Assembly (NCBI GenBank): GCA_963827655.1
Contig: CAWHCF010000034.1
Location: forward strand, 1 to 64,000
Direction of reading: 5' to 3'
DNA length: 64,000 nt
Source: an uncultured Acidobacteriota bacterium
GTDB lineage: Bacteria > Acidobacteriota > UBA6911
Part shown: positions 11,226 through 20,931 of the stretch, in pieces
How positions within the stretch are numbered: position 1 is the first letter of the stretch
Layout: each line of letters opens with the position of its first letter
Position numbers and translations under genes: made by a program
The notes under the pieces: generated by a model
Database searches by the model: none
The model's input: the letters and a program-made list of their open reading frames with translations, nothing else
What the model was told of the DNA's origin: nothing

Positions 11226-11795
11226 ATGATTTCCCAGTCACGTGGCATCAGGATTTTTCTTCGATCGGCATCGACCACCTTTATGATCGCTGTTCTCGCC
11301 TTGTCCGTGTTCGCCCAGAAGAAACAGCAGGATCTGAGTCGAATTCAGTCCAGGCTGGCGGAAGAGGTGAGACACGAACTCGTCATGCTTCCGTACTACA
11401 GTGTTTTCGACAACCTGGAGTACCGTGTCCAGGATACCGACACGGTAGAGCTCTCGGGACAGGTGACGCGCCCGACACTGAAAAGCGACGCCGAAAATGT
11501 GGTTAAAAGGATCGAGGGTGTTGGCAAGGTGATCAATAACATCGAGGTCCTGCCGGTGTCTCCGCATGACGATGACATCCGGCGGGCAGCTTACCGAGCG
11601 ATATTCTCGAAACCGGGACTCGACCGTTACAGCCTCCAGGCCGTCCCGCCCATCCACATCATTGTCAAGAACGGTCACATTACCCTCGTGGGTATCGTGG
11701 CTACAGAGGCGGACAGGAATCTGGCGGAGATTTCCGCGAAGGGTGTATCAGGCGCGTTTAGCGTAACCAACAAACTAAGGGTCGAGAAATCGTAG
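11226..11795 (+). CDS. Secreted double BON-domain protein
   Basis: Signal-like hydrophobic segment; EVRHELVMLPYYSVFDNL; two BON repeats (V.LSGQV, ITLVGIV). Confidence 0.9.
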   Translation: MISQSRGIRIFLRSASTTFMIAVLALSVFAQKKQQDLSRIQSRLAEEVRHELVMLPYYSVFDNLEYRVQDTDTVELSGQVTRPTLKSDAENVVKRIEGVGKVINNIEVLPVSPHDDDIRRAAYRAIFSKPGLDRYSLQAVPPIHIIVKNGHITLVGIVATEADRNLAEISAKGVSGAFSVTNKLRVEKS

Positions 11796-11895
11796 CCTGG
11801 AAGCGTCGGTCCGCTGTCCGTTGGGCTCCTTCGATATTGATGAATATTCCTCACGGATCGTCACGACGTTCACACCGGCGTGCAGAGGTTCATGA

Positions 11896-12729
11896 ATGAG
11901 AACATTGTTTCTGCCATCGGGAAGGCCGATCCCTGCTCTTGGTCAAGGGACGTGGCTAATGGGAGAGGATCGAGCCAAGCGGCAAGCCGAGATCACGGCG
12001 CTTCGTCTCGGACTGGATCTTGGGATGTCGCTGATCGACACGGCGGAGATGTATGGCGAAGGTGGTGCGGAAGAAGTGATAGCCGAAGCGATTGCGGGCC
12101 GTCGCGCCCAGGTTTTTCTCGTGAGCAAGGTCTATCCGCACAATGCCTCCCGGCAAGGCGTGGTCGAGGCCTGTGGACGTAGCCTGCGGCGGCTCAAGAC
12201 AGATTACCTCGACCTCTACCTCCTGCACTGGCGAGGGTCGGTGCCGCTGGCTGAGACGCTTGAAGGATTTCAGTCACTCAAACGAACGGGAAAGATTCGG
12301 GACTACGGCGTCAGCAATTTCGATCAAGTTGACATGAAGAAAGCGAGCGCCTTGCCCGGCGGCGGCGAGATTGCCGCCAATCAAGTGCTGTACAACCTGA
12401 GGCGTCGTGGTATCGAGTGGGACCTTCTTCCCTGGTGCCGCGAACATGGCATTCCTGTTATGGCCTACACACCGATCGAGCAAGGGGCCATCCTGGACCA
12501 CCCTCAGCTGAAATTGATCGCATCGCGACACCGGGCTACGCCGGCCCAAGTGGCTCTGGCCTGGCTGCTTCGACAAGAGGGCATCGTGGTCATCCCTAAA
12601 GCGAGTAATGCGGAGCACGTACGGGAGAACCGCGCGGCTCTGGTCCTTACCCTCGCCGACCAGGATCTAGGGGAACTCGACCAGGCCTTTCCGCCGCCTC
12701 GCAAGAAAATGGCACTGGCGATCAGATGA
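11896..12729 (+). CDS. Aldo/keto reductase
   Basis: LGQGTW, IDTAEMYG, DLYLLHW, GVSNF, IPKAS. Confidence 0.93.
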   Translation: MRTLFLPSGRPIPALGQGTWLMGEDRAKRQAEITALRLGLDLGMSLIDTAEMYGEGGAEEVIAEAIAGRRAQVFLVSKVYPHNASRQGVVEACGRSLRRLKTDYLDLYLLHWRGSVPLAETLEGFQSLKRTGKIRDYGVSNFDQVDMKKASALPGGGEIAANQVLYNLRRRGIEWDLLPWCREHGIPVMAYTPIEQGAILDHPQLKLIASRHRATPAQVALAWLLRQEGIVVIPKASNAEHVRENRAALVLTLADQDLGELDQAFPPPRKKMALAIR

Positions 12730-12737
12730 TCTGCCGC

Positions 12738-13124
12738 TCAGTCCTTCACCCGCTTGGCTACAATCTGGTAAGAAGCAAGATCCGCTACTTTGCGAGTGAA
12801 GGTGATCTCATCTGGAGTGACTTTGCCGTTGTACTCGATACGGAGGTCGGTTCCATTAACGTTAGCAGTTTCTACAAAGAAAACCTCGTTTCCGCTGACC
12901 TTGCCTTCTTTGAGTTCCGCTTCTCCTTTCTGTCCCATCCTTTCAAAATAAGCCTTGCCCGTCAGCTTCCCGCCTTCGGCCTTGAGATCGAAGGTGTATT
13001 TCTGCGGGCCGATCTGTGAGTCAAACTCGGCCTTCCACTTGCCGGTGACGTCAGCCGCACGCGCAGTCAGGCTGAAAACGAACGCGACCGTCGGCAGAAG
13101 CAGCATCGTGCCACGGATTCTCAT
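12738..13124 (-). CDS. Small secreted beta-rich protein
   Basis: Signal peptide ending ARA-AD, then DVTGKWKAEFDSQIG...LTGK. Confidence 0.75.
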   Translation of the reverse strand: MRIRGTMLLLPTVAFVFSLTARAADVTGKWKAEFDSQIGPQKYTFDLKAEGGKLTGKAYFERMGQKGEAELKEGKVSGNEVFFVETANVNGTDLRIEYNGKVTPDEITFTRKVADLASYQIVAKRVKD

Positions 13125-13404
13125 AAGTTGCCTCCATTTCCATTGTGGCTGGTTTTTTACCTCGTACCACCCGCTCGTGAGCGCTAATCTCCGGTTGTTC
13201 GCGCCTATGGCTGGCCACACAATGCCGGGCGGTGGAGCCTACCGCCCGGGCTTCGTTCCGCCTTCAGGAGACCGCGCTTCCGATCGAGGCGCGGTCTCCA
13301 GGCATGACCACGAGGCCCGCCGACATGCTGCGCCACGCCGGCCAGCTGAGGAGGCGCGAGATCTCTCGAATGGCCACTTCGGTTGGGCCTTCGAACTCAG
13401 AAAC

Positions 13405-13776
13405 CTAAGCAGCGTTTTGGTCTTCCTGCCAGAGCCCGAAACAGTTTCCTTCCGGATCTAAGCAGAGGGCGAAATACCCCATTTGCGGCACCGCCGTCTT
13501 GGCCATGACCACCTGGCCGCCGCTTTCCGTGACCTTCTTGCTCCACGCATCCACAGAGGTAACATTGACGTAATTGACGGGAACGTGCTGGTCGTGCATT
13601 TTTTTCACCATCCCGCCGTTGATGCCGAGCGCTTCCTGGCTGGGCTTGGTATTCACCATCCAATAATCCATGCCGGGCACTTTTTCGATTTTCCAACCAA
13701 AAACGCCGGTGTAAAAACCGGAGAGCTTTTCCGGGCTCTGGGCCGGGATTTCAAAATGGACTACAGAACTGGCCAT
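13405..13776 (-). CDS. VOC/glyoxalase family protein
   Basis: VVHFEIPA, FY..VFGW, GINGG, DPEGNCFGLWQ; AGGAGG RBS. Confidence 0.9.
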   Translation of the reverse strand: MASSVVHFEIPAQSPEKLSGFYTGVFGWKIEKVPGMDYWMVNTKPSQEALGINGGMVKKMHDQHVPVNYVNVTSVDAWSKKVTESGGQVVMAKTAVPQMGYFALCLDPEGNCFGLWQEDQNAA

Positions 13777-13974
13777 AAAGCCTCCTGACAATACTAATGA
13801 CTTTTTCGAGGAAGGCACTGCGCCGACCTGCGTTTGGTGATATGGAAGGAAAGCAAAAGGGCTTGTCAAGAGCAACTGATTCTTTTGAAAAAAATCGACT
13901 GTTCAGCCAGGGACCTTCAAATTCTCTAACCAGGCAAGGGCTGCGCCCTTGATATCCCGCTAAAAGCAGCGGGA

Positions 13975-14115
13975 CAGAAGCCAGGAGTAACAGAAGCCAG
14001 AATACGGCGGCTTTCCGCATTTGTTGCACCAGGCCATAGATCTCGCGCCGCGGGAACGATTCCGTGGAACGATGCGCTTCGAGCACATTCTGGTCCTGAC
14101 TCCTGACTTCTGGTT
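13975..14115 (-). pseudogene. Four-helix-bundle (23S IVP/bAvd-like) gene fragment enclosed by inverted heptamer arrays
   Basis: VLEAHRSTESFPRREIYGLVQQMRKAAV matches FPxxExYGLxxQxRRAAVS; bounded by CCAGAAG/TCAGGAG heptamers and their reverse complements. Confidence 0.75.
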
Positions 14116-14286
14116 TCTAGCTGATTCTCCGGACCGGCGGAAGCCGCCCGCGCCGGCGGAAGACACCCATATCGAGTCTGGTGTCAACCGCCGGTCGCAG
14201 ATCACCGGATCGAGAAAATTCTACTGCAGACCGAAAATGGCGGGGACGCTCGCCAAACCTTCCGCCATCACTCAACGGCAACCGCG

Positions 14287-15979
14287 CTATTCTGGCACGA
14301 TCACAACCACGCCATACTGCGGTGCCGACCCGACGCCACATTTCGACGGGTTGATGTAGTAGAAGAACTGGTGGTCGGTGTTTGAGCTGATAGTGCGCTT
14401 GAACGTGTGGCGATGAGTCAGCGGAAATGGATCGCCGAGCTTCTGCGCCCAGTCGGTCCGCCGGCGCTGATGAAACAGATTGGCCCAGTCACGGATGGTT
14501 CGTCCGGAGGCGTTCGGGTTGAGCACCGGGCCGGCGGTCTCGGCCTCCCAGAGTTTTTGCTCGTAGATCTCAACAAAGATAGCGTCCGAGTTGTCCCAGG
14601 CATTCTGAAGCGTTGACTCCAATTCAATCGGATTGCTGACGCCGGATGGATTATTCGTCTGGAAGCCGGTGACCTGGCCGGCCTGGCCCGCTTCCAACAC
14701 CCACTTGTTCGGGCATCCGGAGCCGACGCCGGAAAAGGGTCCGACCGCCGGGTGGACGCCCTCGTTTGGACACGGCGGCTTGGGGATCGGCGAATCCTGA
14801 GGCTTCGGGCCGAGGCCGTTATGTTGAACGACGAAACGGAGGGCGTGCTCGTTCCGGCCCTGTTCTAAAATTTGCTTCCGTCTGTTCCGTGCCGCGTGGG
14901 AGAGGCGAAGTAAGCGGCTCCTTGTATTCACCGTTGTCATTCACCAACGGGAAGCCTGCTTGGATGAGCGCGTAGCTCATGTTCTTGTCGGGGAATTCTG
15001 CGGCCAGCAGCGCCGTTTGCTGGCGGTAAAATTCGTACAGCGCCTCAGGTGTGTAATGGCCCTGCTCGGCCCAGACCTGCGGATTACAGATCGCGCAGTT
15101 GGATTCGCAGTTATTGGGCAGCCTGTTTTCGTGGGAGAATAAATTCGCCCCCGAGGGTTTCACGTAGGCGAGCGCGCGGTACCAGGCGTTGCGCTCGCGA
15201 ATGTGGCGCGCGGCAGCCCGCCACAAAGCAAAGTAATGCCGGCGATAGTTCGGATCCGCCGGGCTGCCGAGATCCATGAGTGTGCCGCATCCGGATTGAT
15301 CTTCATCACCGGCGTCGCGAAAGGTTAACCGCTTGACCGCGGTCGCGCCGGCAATGGTCGGGTCAAAAATCCATTGAGGCGTCCCGCTTGATCCAGCCTT
15401 GAATGACAAGCTGTACAGTTTGCCGTTGCGCACGGCCTTTTCGATTTCCCGATCCATCGCCGTCCAGTCGTAAACGCCTGGACCCGGATTGACCTCGTCC
15501 CAGCGGAGGCGAATAAAGACGCCGGTGAAGTGTGGGTTTTGCCACGTCCAATCCATCGTCGCGTAGGGTTCGCCTGTGTTGCACAGATACTGGTTCCCCA
15601 CCTTGTCGGGCGCGCGGTTATAGTCACAGGATGGATTGGGCGTGCCCAGAGTTTCGATGATCAAACCTGGCCCATCAGGGCCGAGCGTGAAGATGCCGGA
15701 GGCGGCGCGGGGCATCGGGCCGGTGAACTCATTCGGGTCGGCGGGATCGTACGGTTTGTAAGCCGAACAAAGGCTCGCGGGCGGTCCCGACGAATCGACC
15801 GGAATGATGGCATCGGTGCGATCGTGAAATCTCCATTCAACTGTATCGCCATCGTGAATTTGAATGCGCCTGGGCGAAAACGATCCGTCTGGATTCACCG
15901 TTACCGTATGGATCATCGGTTGCCGGGCAAAGGCAACAGAAGAAATGAAGGCGAATAAAAGAAGGATAAGTTCCTTCAT
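14287..15979 (-). CDS. Secreted protein with cupredoxin-like N-terminus and GH-A (beta-galactosidase-like) barrel; frameshift near 14870
   Basis: Signal peptide; FSPRRIQIHDGDTVEW; GVFIRLRWDEVNPGPGVYDW...TPQWI; continues in ORF 14287-14940; AAGGAG RBS. Confidence 0.65.
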
Positions 15980-16355
15980 GACGAAATCTCCTTAAAAGAA
16001 AGCCGAATTGGTGCGAGTGATTATTTTCCGGTTGTTCTCGGGTCCCGCTTCGCATGTCAAGTTACGTACATGTTTTGAACTTGAACGTGCCCACCGCGGG
16101 CCGACAGGGAAAACAAAGAGCTCAAAGTTTCCCACTCCGATTCTTTGGCCGCCGGCAACTTGAATACCGTGGCCGTCGACGCCAATGGTGATCATGGTAA
16201 TGCCTCCTTTCGGATTGAAGCGTGCTTGAACGCTTTCATTGACAAGCACGAAAAAATGCGACCTGGAGTATCATCAGGGTTTGGATGCGGCCCGCATCCG
16301 AGCAGCACCGCGATTTCAGCCCCTTGGTTCGGTGCAATACCCGCTGGAGTTTGTC

Positions 16356-17135
16356 ATGCGCGCCAGAGCGTTCTTGTTTCTATTTTCCCTTGTCGGATTT
16401 TCCCTGCGCGCCGCGCAGAACCCGTTCACGGGCGCCGAAGATCGCGGCGCGGGAAGAGAGGCTTTCCGCACGCGATGCGCCGCTTGTCACGGACTGGACG
16501 GATCGGGAGGCGCCGACGCTCCGGACCTCACGACCGGCACGTTCCGGCGTGCCTCGACCGATGTTGAACTGTTCCGAATCATCGCGTCCGGGATCCCTGG
16601 AACAAGCATGACGGGTATCGATCTCACAAGCCGGGAGATCTGGCAGTTCGTGACCTACGTCCGTTCCCTTGGGGTGGGCCGTGCTGCAGCGAAAGCGAAA
16701 GGGAGTCCCGCTAGAGGGGAGAAAGTGTTCAAGAGCGCCGGCTGCCTCGAGTGTCACAGCATTGCGGGCGAAGGGGGACACCTGGGTCCCGATCTGAGCG
16801 GCGTAGGATCGCGTCGCTCGCTGGCCGAGCTGCAGCGGTCGCTGCTGGAACCGGACGCCGAGGTTTCCCCGGACTACTGGAGAGTGCGGGCGCGCACTCG
16901 AGGCGGGGAGGTGGTGACGGGCGTCCGGCTCAATGAGGATACCTACTGGTATCAGATCCGCGATATCAACCGTCGGCTGCGGGTGCTGGCGAAGCAGGAG
17001 CTTGTCGAGCATGAGGTCGTACGTACATCCGCGATGCCGTCGCTCCGGGGAAAGCTGGGCGAAGGGGAGCTTGAGGATCTGGTGGCTTATCTCGCCGGCC
17101 TGGATGCCGCCGCGAGGAAGGGGGACGCCCGATGA
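16356..17135 (+). CDS. Diheme c-type cytochrome
   Basis: Signal peptide, CAACH and CLECH, IPGTSM, GPDLS, SAMPS. Confidence 0.9.
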   Translation: MRARAFLFLFSLVGFSLRAAQNPFTGAEDRGAGREAFRTRCAACHGLDGSGGADAPDLTTGTFRRASTDVELFRIIASGIPGTSMTGIDLTSREIWQFVTYVRSLGVGRAAAKAKGSPARGEKVFKSAGCLECHSIAGEGGHLGPDLSGVGSRRSLAELQRSLLEPDAEVSPDYWRVRARTRGGEVVTGVRLNEDTYWYQIRDINRRLRVLAKQELVEHEVVRTSAMPSLRGKLGEGELEDLVAYLAGLDAAARKGDAR

Positions 17136-18763
17136 GACCTGCCCTTTCGGCCCTCGCGCTGTCCGCGATGCTTGTGGCCGCTCTCTTCAGTCAGGTCCGC
17201 TACGAGCGGCTGATCAAGGCTGATAGCGAGCCGCAGAACTGGTTGACCTACAACGGCAGCTACCGAAGCATTCACTACAGCGCTCTGGATCAGATTACCG
17301 CGGCCAATATAAAGGATCTCGAGCTCAAGTGGGTCTGGCAAGCCCAATCGTTGGAGAAACTCGAAACGACGCCGCTCGTCGTCGACGATGTCATGTACCT
17401 GACGGAACCGCCGGGCACGATCGTGGCCTTGGACCCGCGGACGGGGCGGATCTTCTGGAGCCATGACACGCGGATTCCGGGCGTGACGAACCAGTGCTGT
17501 GGCAGAGTCAACCGCGGGCTCGCGATTCTCGACAACACTCTCTTCATGGGCACGCTCGATGCCCGGCTCGTCGCCGTTGATGCAAGCACCGGGGTGAAAA
17601 AGTGGGAGACGACGGTCGCCGAGTACAAGCATGGTTACGCCTTGGCACTGGCCCCTCTCGCGGTCAAGGACAAGATCATCATCGGCACCGCCGGCGGCGA
17701 ACGCGGCATCCGTGGATTTGTTGCTGCTTATGAAGCGCGCACCGGACGCCAGGTGTGGAAGTTCAATACCATCCCCCATCCCGGCGAGCCCGGCCACGAG
17801 ACCTGGGAGAACGACGCGTGGAAGACCGGCGGCGGCTCGATCTGGGTTACCGGTTCCTTTGATCCGGAGCTGAACCTTACTTACTGGGGGATAGGCAACC
17901 CCGGCCCCGACTGGAACCCCGCGGTTCGTCCCGGCGACAACCTGTACACGGACTGCGTCCTGGCCCTCGACGCCGACTCGGGAAAGCTCCGGTGGCACTT
18001 CCAGTTCACCCCGCACGACGAATGGGACTGGGACGCGGCCCAGATTCCGGTGCTGGTCGATTTGCCCTGGAAAGGAGCGGCACGCAAGCTGATGCTCTGG
18101 GGAAACCGCAACGGGTTTTTCTACGTTCTCGATCGTGCGACGGGCGAGTTTCTTCTGGGCAAGCCTTTCGTGAAGCAGACGTGGGCTCGCGGGCTCGATC
18201 CAAAAGGCCGGCCGATCAAGATCCCCGGCCAGGGTCCGAGCGCCACCGGAACGGTCGCCTACCCGGGAGTGCAAGGGGGAACGAACTGGTACGCGCCCTC
18301 CTTCAGCCCGAGAACGAGGCTCTTCTACCTGACGGTCTGGGATGACTATCACAGCACCTACTACAGCTGGGACCAGAAGTACGAGCCGGGCGCTTCTTTC
18401 GGCGGAGGAACCACGAGATCCGCGATTCCTCCCACGCGCCGCGACCCCATTGTGCGCTTCGGTCCCGACGCGGGCTATGGCGCCGTCCGCGCGCTTGATC
18501 CTTTTACCGGCGAAAAGGTCTGGGAATATAGGATGACGGACGTGAGCGACGGCGGCATCCTGACGACCGCCAGCGACGTGCTGTTCTCCGGCAACCGCGA
18601 GGGCTACTTCTTTGCCTTGGACGCAAAGAGCGGAAAGCTGCTGTGGAAACGGCAGCTCGGCGGGCAGGTTGCTGCGTCTCCAATTACCTACACGGTCGCC
18701 GACCGGCAGTATATTTCGATTGCCTCCGGCCACTCTCTCTTCACATTCGGGTTAAGGGAGTAG
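17132..18763 (+). CDS. PQQ-dependent dehydrogenase, methanol/ethanol family
   Basis: WLTYNG, ETTPLV, CCG.VNRG, GGSIW, GNPGP, HDEWDWD, GGTNW; overlaps the cytochrome stop codon. Confidence 0.93.
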   Translation: MRPALSALALSAMLVAALFSQVRYERLIKADSEPQNWLTYNGSYRSIHYSALDQITAANIKDLELKWVWQAQSLEKLETTPLVVDDVMYLTEPPGTIVALDPRTGRIFWSHDTRIPGVTNQCCGRVNRGLAILDNTLFMGTLDARLVAVDASTGVKKWETTVAEYKHGYALALAPLAVKDKIIIGTAGGERGIRGFVAAYEARTGRQVWKFNTIPHPGEPGHETWENDAWKTGGGSIWVTGSFDPELNLTYWGIGNPGPDWNPAVRPGDNLYTDCVLALDADSGKLRWHFQFTPHDEWDWDAAQIPVLVDLPWKGAARKLMLWGNRNGFFYVLDRATGEFLLGKPFVKQTWARGLDPKGRPIKIPGQGPSATGTVAYPGVQGGTNWYAPSFSPRTRLFYLTVWDDYHSTYYSWDQKYEPGASFGGGTTRSAIPPTRRDPIVRFGPDAGYGAVRALDPFTGEKVWEYRMTDVSDGGILTTASDVLFSGNREGYFFALDAKSGKLLWKRQLGGQVAASPITYTVADRQYISIASGHSLFTFGLRE

Positions 18764-18968
18764 CGGAACAGGCCGATTCTACTTCGTCTCGTCAAGCCAT
18801 AGCGCGAGGGCTAAACCAGGGTACCACCAAGACGCGAAGGCAAATGCGGCTGATTTCATACGGCCTCTGGTATGTCCGCCGGCAGGCAGCGGGCGGAGTA
18901 GCGGCAGTCGGCTAGCGGCGCGGTTGATGCAGCACCTCAGACGGCATCTTGAAGAAAAAGGATAGTAG

Positions 18969-19310
18969 ATGAAACCGAAGCGACTGTACCTGTTGTTTTG
19001 CGTTGCGGGCACCGTTCTTCCGTATTCGCAATTCATCCCATTCCTCAGGGAACATGGACTTGATCTCGGCCTGTTCTTCGAGCAACTTTTTTCCAATCGG
19101 ATCGGCGGCTTTTTTGGCTTGGACGTCATCGTGTCGGCGATGGTGCTCTGGACGTTTGTGGTCATTGAGGGTCGGCGCTCCGGCGTGAAGCACCTTTGGG
19201 CTCCGATTGTTGCCAGCCTGACGGTCGGAGTGTCTCTGGGGTTGCCGCTATTTCTCTACCTGCGTGAGGAGCGGCTCGGGCGTTTACCCTGGGCCAGCGC
19301 GGGTCGCTGA
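18969..19310 (+). CDS. DUF2834-like small membrane protein
   Basis: Three TM segments, FFGLDVIVSA, VGVSLGLPLFLYLRE. Confidence 0.8.
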   Translation: MKPKRLYLLFCVAGTVLPYSQFIPFLREHGLDLGLFFEQLFSNRIGGFFGLDVIVSAMVLWTFVVIEGRRSGVKHLWAPIVASLTVGVSLGLPLFLYLREERLGRLPWASAGR

Positions 19311-19497
19311 AAAGTACCGCTCGACGTATCGCGAAACGCCCTTCAACCCAATCCTGTCTCGGACAGCTTCCGGCGCTGTTCGTGCCCCGGGTATGCTCAT
19401 TCCGCAGAAGAATCGCTTAGGTCTCCGCAAGCTGGCTTTCGATAGGCCGGGAAGCGTCCGTCATGACCAATGAATCGGTGATTTGGGAGTCCATCGT

Positions 19498-19528
19498 TTG
19501 ACGATTCGCTAATTGCTCATGATATCAT
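19498..19528 (+). promoter_or_regulatory. TA operon promoter with palindromic operator
   Basis: TTGACG, extended -10 TGaTATCAT inside the perfect palindrome ATGATATCAT (19519-19528), 7 bp before the GTG start. Confidence 0.55.
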
Positions 19529-19535
19529 AGGTGAT

Positions 19536-19958
19536 GTGAGACTCGTGCTTGATACAGATGTTGTGGTGGCGGCAATGCGGAGTCCAGGCGGAGCCTCCGC
19601 TGCGATTCTAACGGCTGCGCGTCAGGGCCGGACGACGTTGTTACTTACGGTCGCCCTGGCTCTGGAATACGAGGCGGTATGTTCAAGAGCAGAGCATCGC
19701 CTAGCGGCAGGGCTGTCCGAACGGCAAGTGGATGTTTTTCTAAACGCTGTGATGGCTATTGCGGAGCCCGTGGAAACCCATTTTCTCTGGCGGCCACAGC
19801 TCCACGATCCAGGCGACGAAATGGTTCTTGAAGCGGCTGTCAATGGTCGGGCGGATGCTCTGATTACATTCAACGCACGGGATTTTGGGAGTGTACCTTC
19901 CGAATTCGGAGTGGAGCTCTTGGTTCCACGTGAAGCCATAGCAAGGATTAGACGATGA
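19536..19958 (+). CDS. PIN-domain toxin
   Basis: RLVLDTDV, EYE, DPGDEMVLEAA, LITFNARDF acidic PIN motif. Confidence 0.9.
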   Translation: MRLVLDTDVVVAAMRSPGGASAAILTAARQGRTTLLLTVALALEYEAVCSRAEHRLAAGLSERQVDVFLNAVMAIAEPVETHFLWRPQLHDPGDEMVLEAAVNGRADALITFNARDFGSVPSEFGVELLVPREAIARIRR

Positions 19959-20206
19959 AAGACACGAAGACATATCCCCTGCGACTGCCGCGATCGTTAA
20001 AAGCGGCGGTTCAGCGGCTGAGTAAGGAGAACGGAACCAGCGTAAATCAGTTCGTGGCCACAGCCGTTGCAGAAAAAGTTTCTGCACTGGAAACGGCGCG
20101 TTTTTTTGAGGACCGCAAGGCAGCGGCTGATTTCAGGGCTTTCGATAAGATCATGAAGCGGCGGCGCGGTAAGCCACCTCGCAAAGGGGATGAGCTGCCG
20201 GAATAA
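19955..20206 (+). CDS. HicB-like ribbon-helix-helix antitoxin
   Basis: YPLRLPRSLK...GTSVNQFVATAVAEKVSAL; ATGA overlap with the toxin gene. Confidence 0.88.
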   Translation: MKDTKTYPLRLPRSLKAAVQRLSKENGTSVNQFVATAVAEKVSALETARFFEDRKAAADFRAFDKIMKRRRGKPPRKGDELPE

Positions 20207-20574
20207 TGGGCCAGACGGCCATAATAGTGCACGAAATCTATGGCCGAACGAAAGGGATTACCCCCGGACACATCCGGATGAACCGCTGCGTGAAGAATGC
20301 GAACAGGCCGGGACGTCGGCGCTCGCCCTTGCCAACCTCTTCCGAAATCGCGGACAAACCAGCGGCGGACCTGGCCATGCCGGCCGATTTCGACGGTCTA
20401 GAGGCGCTGGCCGCTAACGTGGCCCGGGCAACGGTCGCGGAACTCAAGCGGATGGTTGATCGAATCTTGAGCATCAACAAAGACGACCCGGTCAATCAAT
20501 GGTCTTCAGGTTCTACGTTTCGATTATTGCTGAGGTGCGCGTGCGCTGCACCAGACGCGTATACCAGAACAAGC

Positions 20575-20618
20575 ACAATCGGGCATTTTCAGCCAAGTGG
20601 CCGAAAATGCCCGATTGT
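20575..20618. terminator. 16-bp perfect inverted repeat downstream of the tRNA cluster
   Basis: ACAATCGGGCATTTTC / GAAAATGCCCGATTGT. Confidence 0.55.
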
Positions 20619-20645
20619 CTAGCTAACTGATTTTACGTTAGTTAA

Positions 20646-20722
20646 TGGCGCACCCGGGGCGACTCGAACGCCCGGCCTGCGGATTCGAAGTCCGACGCTC
20701 TATCCAACTGAGCTACGGGTGC
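20646..20722 (-). tRNA. tRNA-Arg (TCG)
   Basis: GCACCCGTAGCTCAGTTGGATAGAGC...CT-TCG-AA...TTCGAGT...GCCA; encoded CCA; U27-C43 mismatch. Confidence 0.93.
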
Positions 20723-20730
20723 GTTTCTCT

Positions 20731-20807
20731 TGGGGTGAGCGAGGGGATTCGAACCCCCGACCGCTGGAGCCACAATCCAGAGCTCTACCGACTGAGCTAC
20801 GCTCACC
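20731..20807 (-). tRNA. tRNA-His (GTG)
   Basis: G-1 plus GTGAGCG acceptor stem, TT-GTG-GC loop, TTCGAAT, C73-CCA. Confidence 0.96.
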
Positions 20808-20854
20808 AGAATCCTTGCGGTCGCACTTTGTGCATTCTCCGGCCGCCAGCGAAA

Positions 20855-20931
20855 TGGTACGCCCAGCTGGATTCGAACCAGCGACCCTCTGCTTAGAAGG
20901 CAGATGCTCTGTCCAACTGAGCTATGGGCGC
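20855..20931 (-). tRNA. tRNA-Arg (TCT)
   Basis: GCGCCCATAGCTCAGTTGGACAGAGC...CT-TCT-AA...TTCGAAT...ACCA. Confidence 0.96.

Noticed and set aside
13215-13400. Integron attC site
   Set aside because: A hairpin is present, but there are no RYYYAAC/GTTRRRY cores and no integrase.
17087-18733. Long shadow ORFs (also 6274-7773, 22325-23587, 27467-28633, 60215-61270)
   Set aside because: Antisense or off-frame shadows of well-supported genes in high-GC DNA, with no motifs.
20206-20622. Integrase or prophage remnant next to tRNA-Arg
   Set aside because: No tyrosine or serine recombinase motifs and no att duplicate in the window.
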